The notes under the pieces: generated by a model
What the model saw: only the letters and a program-made list of their open reading frames with translations
The model's database searches: none
Told to the model about the DNA's origin: nothing
Assembly (NCBI RefSeq): GCF_964213995.1
Contig: NC_135830.1
Coordinates: forward strand, 7,068,001-7,132,000
From: Mustelus asterias
Taxonomy: Eukaryota
DNA: 64,000 bases
Direction of reading: 5' to 3'
In this document: positions 62,651 through 64,000 of the stretch, one piece after another
Layout of the letters: every line of letters starts with the position of its first letter
Numbering within the stretch: position 1 is the first letter of the stretch
Made by a program: the position numbers and the translations under genes

Positions 62651-64000
62651 GTAAGTGAAACTATTCTCTGCATTTTGTGTCTGGTTATAGTTTACGAAAG
62701 TAATGTCCGATTCTCATACACCTGTAAAGAATCTTTATCCTGTAATTGCTGCTGTTGAGTTGATTAGGAGGAGCAGGAGGCGAGAGGGTGGAGTGAAAAA
62801 TTAAAACGTCCTCTGACAACTCTGTGTTAGAATTTACAAACAGCAAATTATTAGACTCCTGCAACGATGGAGGAGACCATTAAGCCCATCGCTCTTGCTT
62901 TGGGGACAGTAGAATCATCGTCATTGAATTTTACAGAACAGGAAGAGGTCCTGCGGCCCATTGTGCCTGCTCCAGCCATTATAACCATATCTATTCCAGT
63001 CGCATTTTTCAGCACTTGGTTGTAGCCTTGAATGCTACGGCATAAATGATCTTTGGACTTGCATGCCAAGGTCCCTCTGGTCCTCTGCACTTTCTCGCGT
63101 CCTGCAGTTCATGGCGTATTCCCGTGCCTTCAAAATGCATCACCTCACACTTTTCAGGTTTAAATTCCGTTTGGCACTGCTCTACCTGTCTGACCAGCTC
63201 ACCCATATCGTCCTGTAATCTTTGCAAGTCAGTGACACTTAACCTCACACGAAAAACATGTGTGCATCCTTGGCTTGACTTTGTGTGAAATTTGTATACA
63301 GCGCTCTCGAAATAATGCAAATTAAATGTCTTTCTTCTGTCCTCTGTGAGGTAAATATGACTCAGCTGCTGCAATGCGAAGTTTCTGTCTTGGAAATTCT
63401 TCCTGCATATTTATTAATCACAGTGAGACACCCACATTCAGCAGTGAAATATGTGACCAGTAAGGATAAGCTTACTTAATGTCATTATCTGCTGTGTGAT
63501 AGACAGGGAGCCAGCATCATGTGGGAAGGTAATTGAGGACATTGCACTGATATAATGAATTTGCGCAGCTGAATATCCACCTCAGCTCGTCCTAAATTGC
63601 AGTGTCCAGTCTTTTTTTAGCTCCAGTCCTTAGTAATGTCATATTGGACTAAAAATATCATAATTTTACTTTTACTTCTTGGATGTGGGCATTAAATCAA
63701 ATCAAATCAAATCAAATCCGAATTGCCCTCTGGGCAATTTCAGGTTCCATGACATCGCTTCTTGGATCCAAACCACTGGACGACATATTTCCTTCTCTAA
63801 AGGACATTGTTGATCTAAATGGGCATTTACAACCCATGGCAGAAGTCCTGTTTTCATTCGCAAACTTGGCAATAATAAATTCACTTCCCTCGTCCAAGTC
63901 ATTATGTATATTGTAAATAATTGTGGCCCGAGCATTGATCGCTGAGGCACTCCACTTGTAACAGATTGTCATCCTGAAAATGCTCCTCTTATCCCAACTC

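Noticed and set aside
62651-64000. TCR constant exon
   Set aside because: Only decayed CR1 fragments and unique non-coding sequence; no C1-set motif seen

Overview
Eukaryotic, cartilaginous-fish (shark-type) antigen-receptor locus; all immune segments lie on the + strand. In order: low-complexity and G-rich repeats in the presumed J-C intron; a complete, apparently intact IgM heavy-chain constant region (Cmu1-Cmu4 with secretory tail, TM1, TM2, both polyA signals); a NAR-TCR cassette ~4 kb later (leader, VNAR-type V with 22-spacer RSS, 12/12 D, NAR-type J) predicted to splice onto a leaderless supporting Vdelta that carries a triplicated RSS; a divergent four-cysteine V; one pseudo and one open stand-alone VH-like segment; ~14 kb of mostly CR1/LTR debris; one 12/23 D; and an array of at least 11 TCR-type J segments, about half defective. 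No TCR constant exon and no IgM V/D/J was found in the window. The remainder is CR1/HER1-like LINEs, HE1-like SINEs, a Tx1-like fragment, a solo LTR and Penelope-derived elements with minimal hammerhead ribozyme motifs. Most ORFs in the track are repeat artefacts. The components (NAR-TCR, IgH V use by TCRdelta) are known from sharks. The points most worth checking are the intact IgM C region physically linked to the TCRdelta V region, a switch-like G-rich repeat before Cmu1, a CTCF-like boundary, and the tandem RSS array. Repeat boundaries are approximate and family names come from recognition, not database searches.
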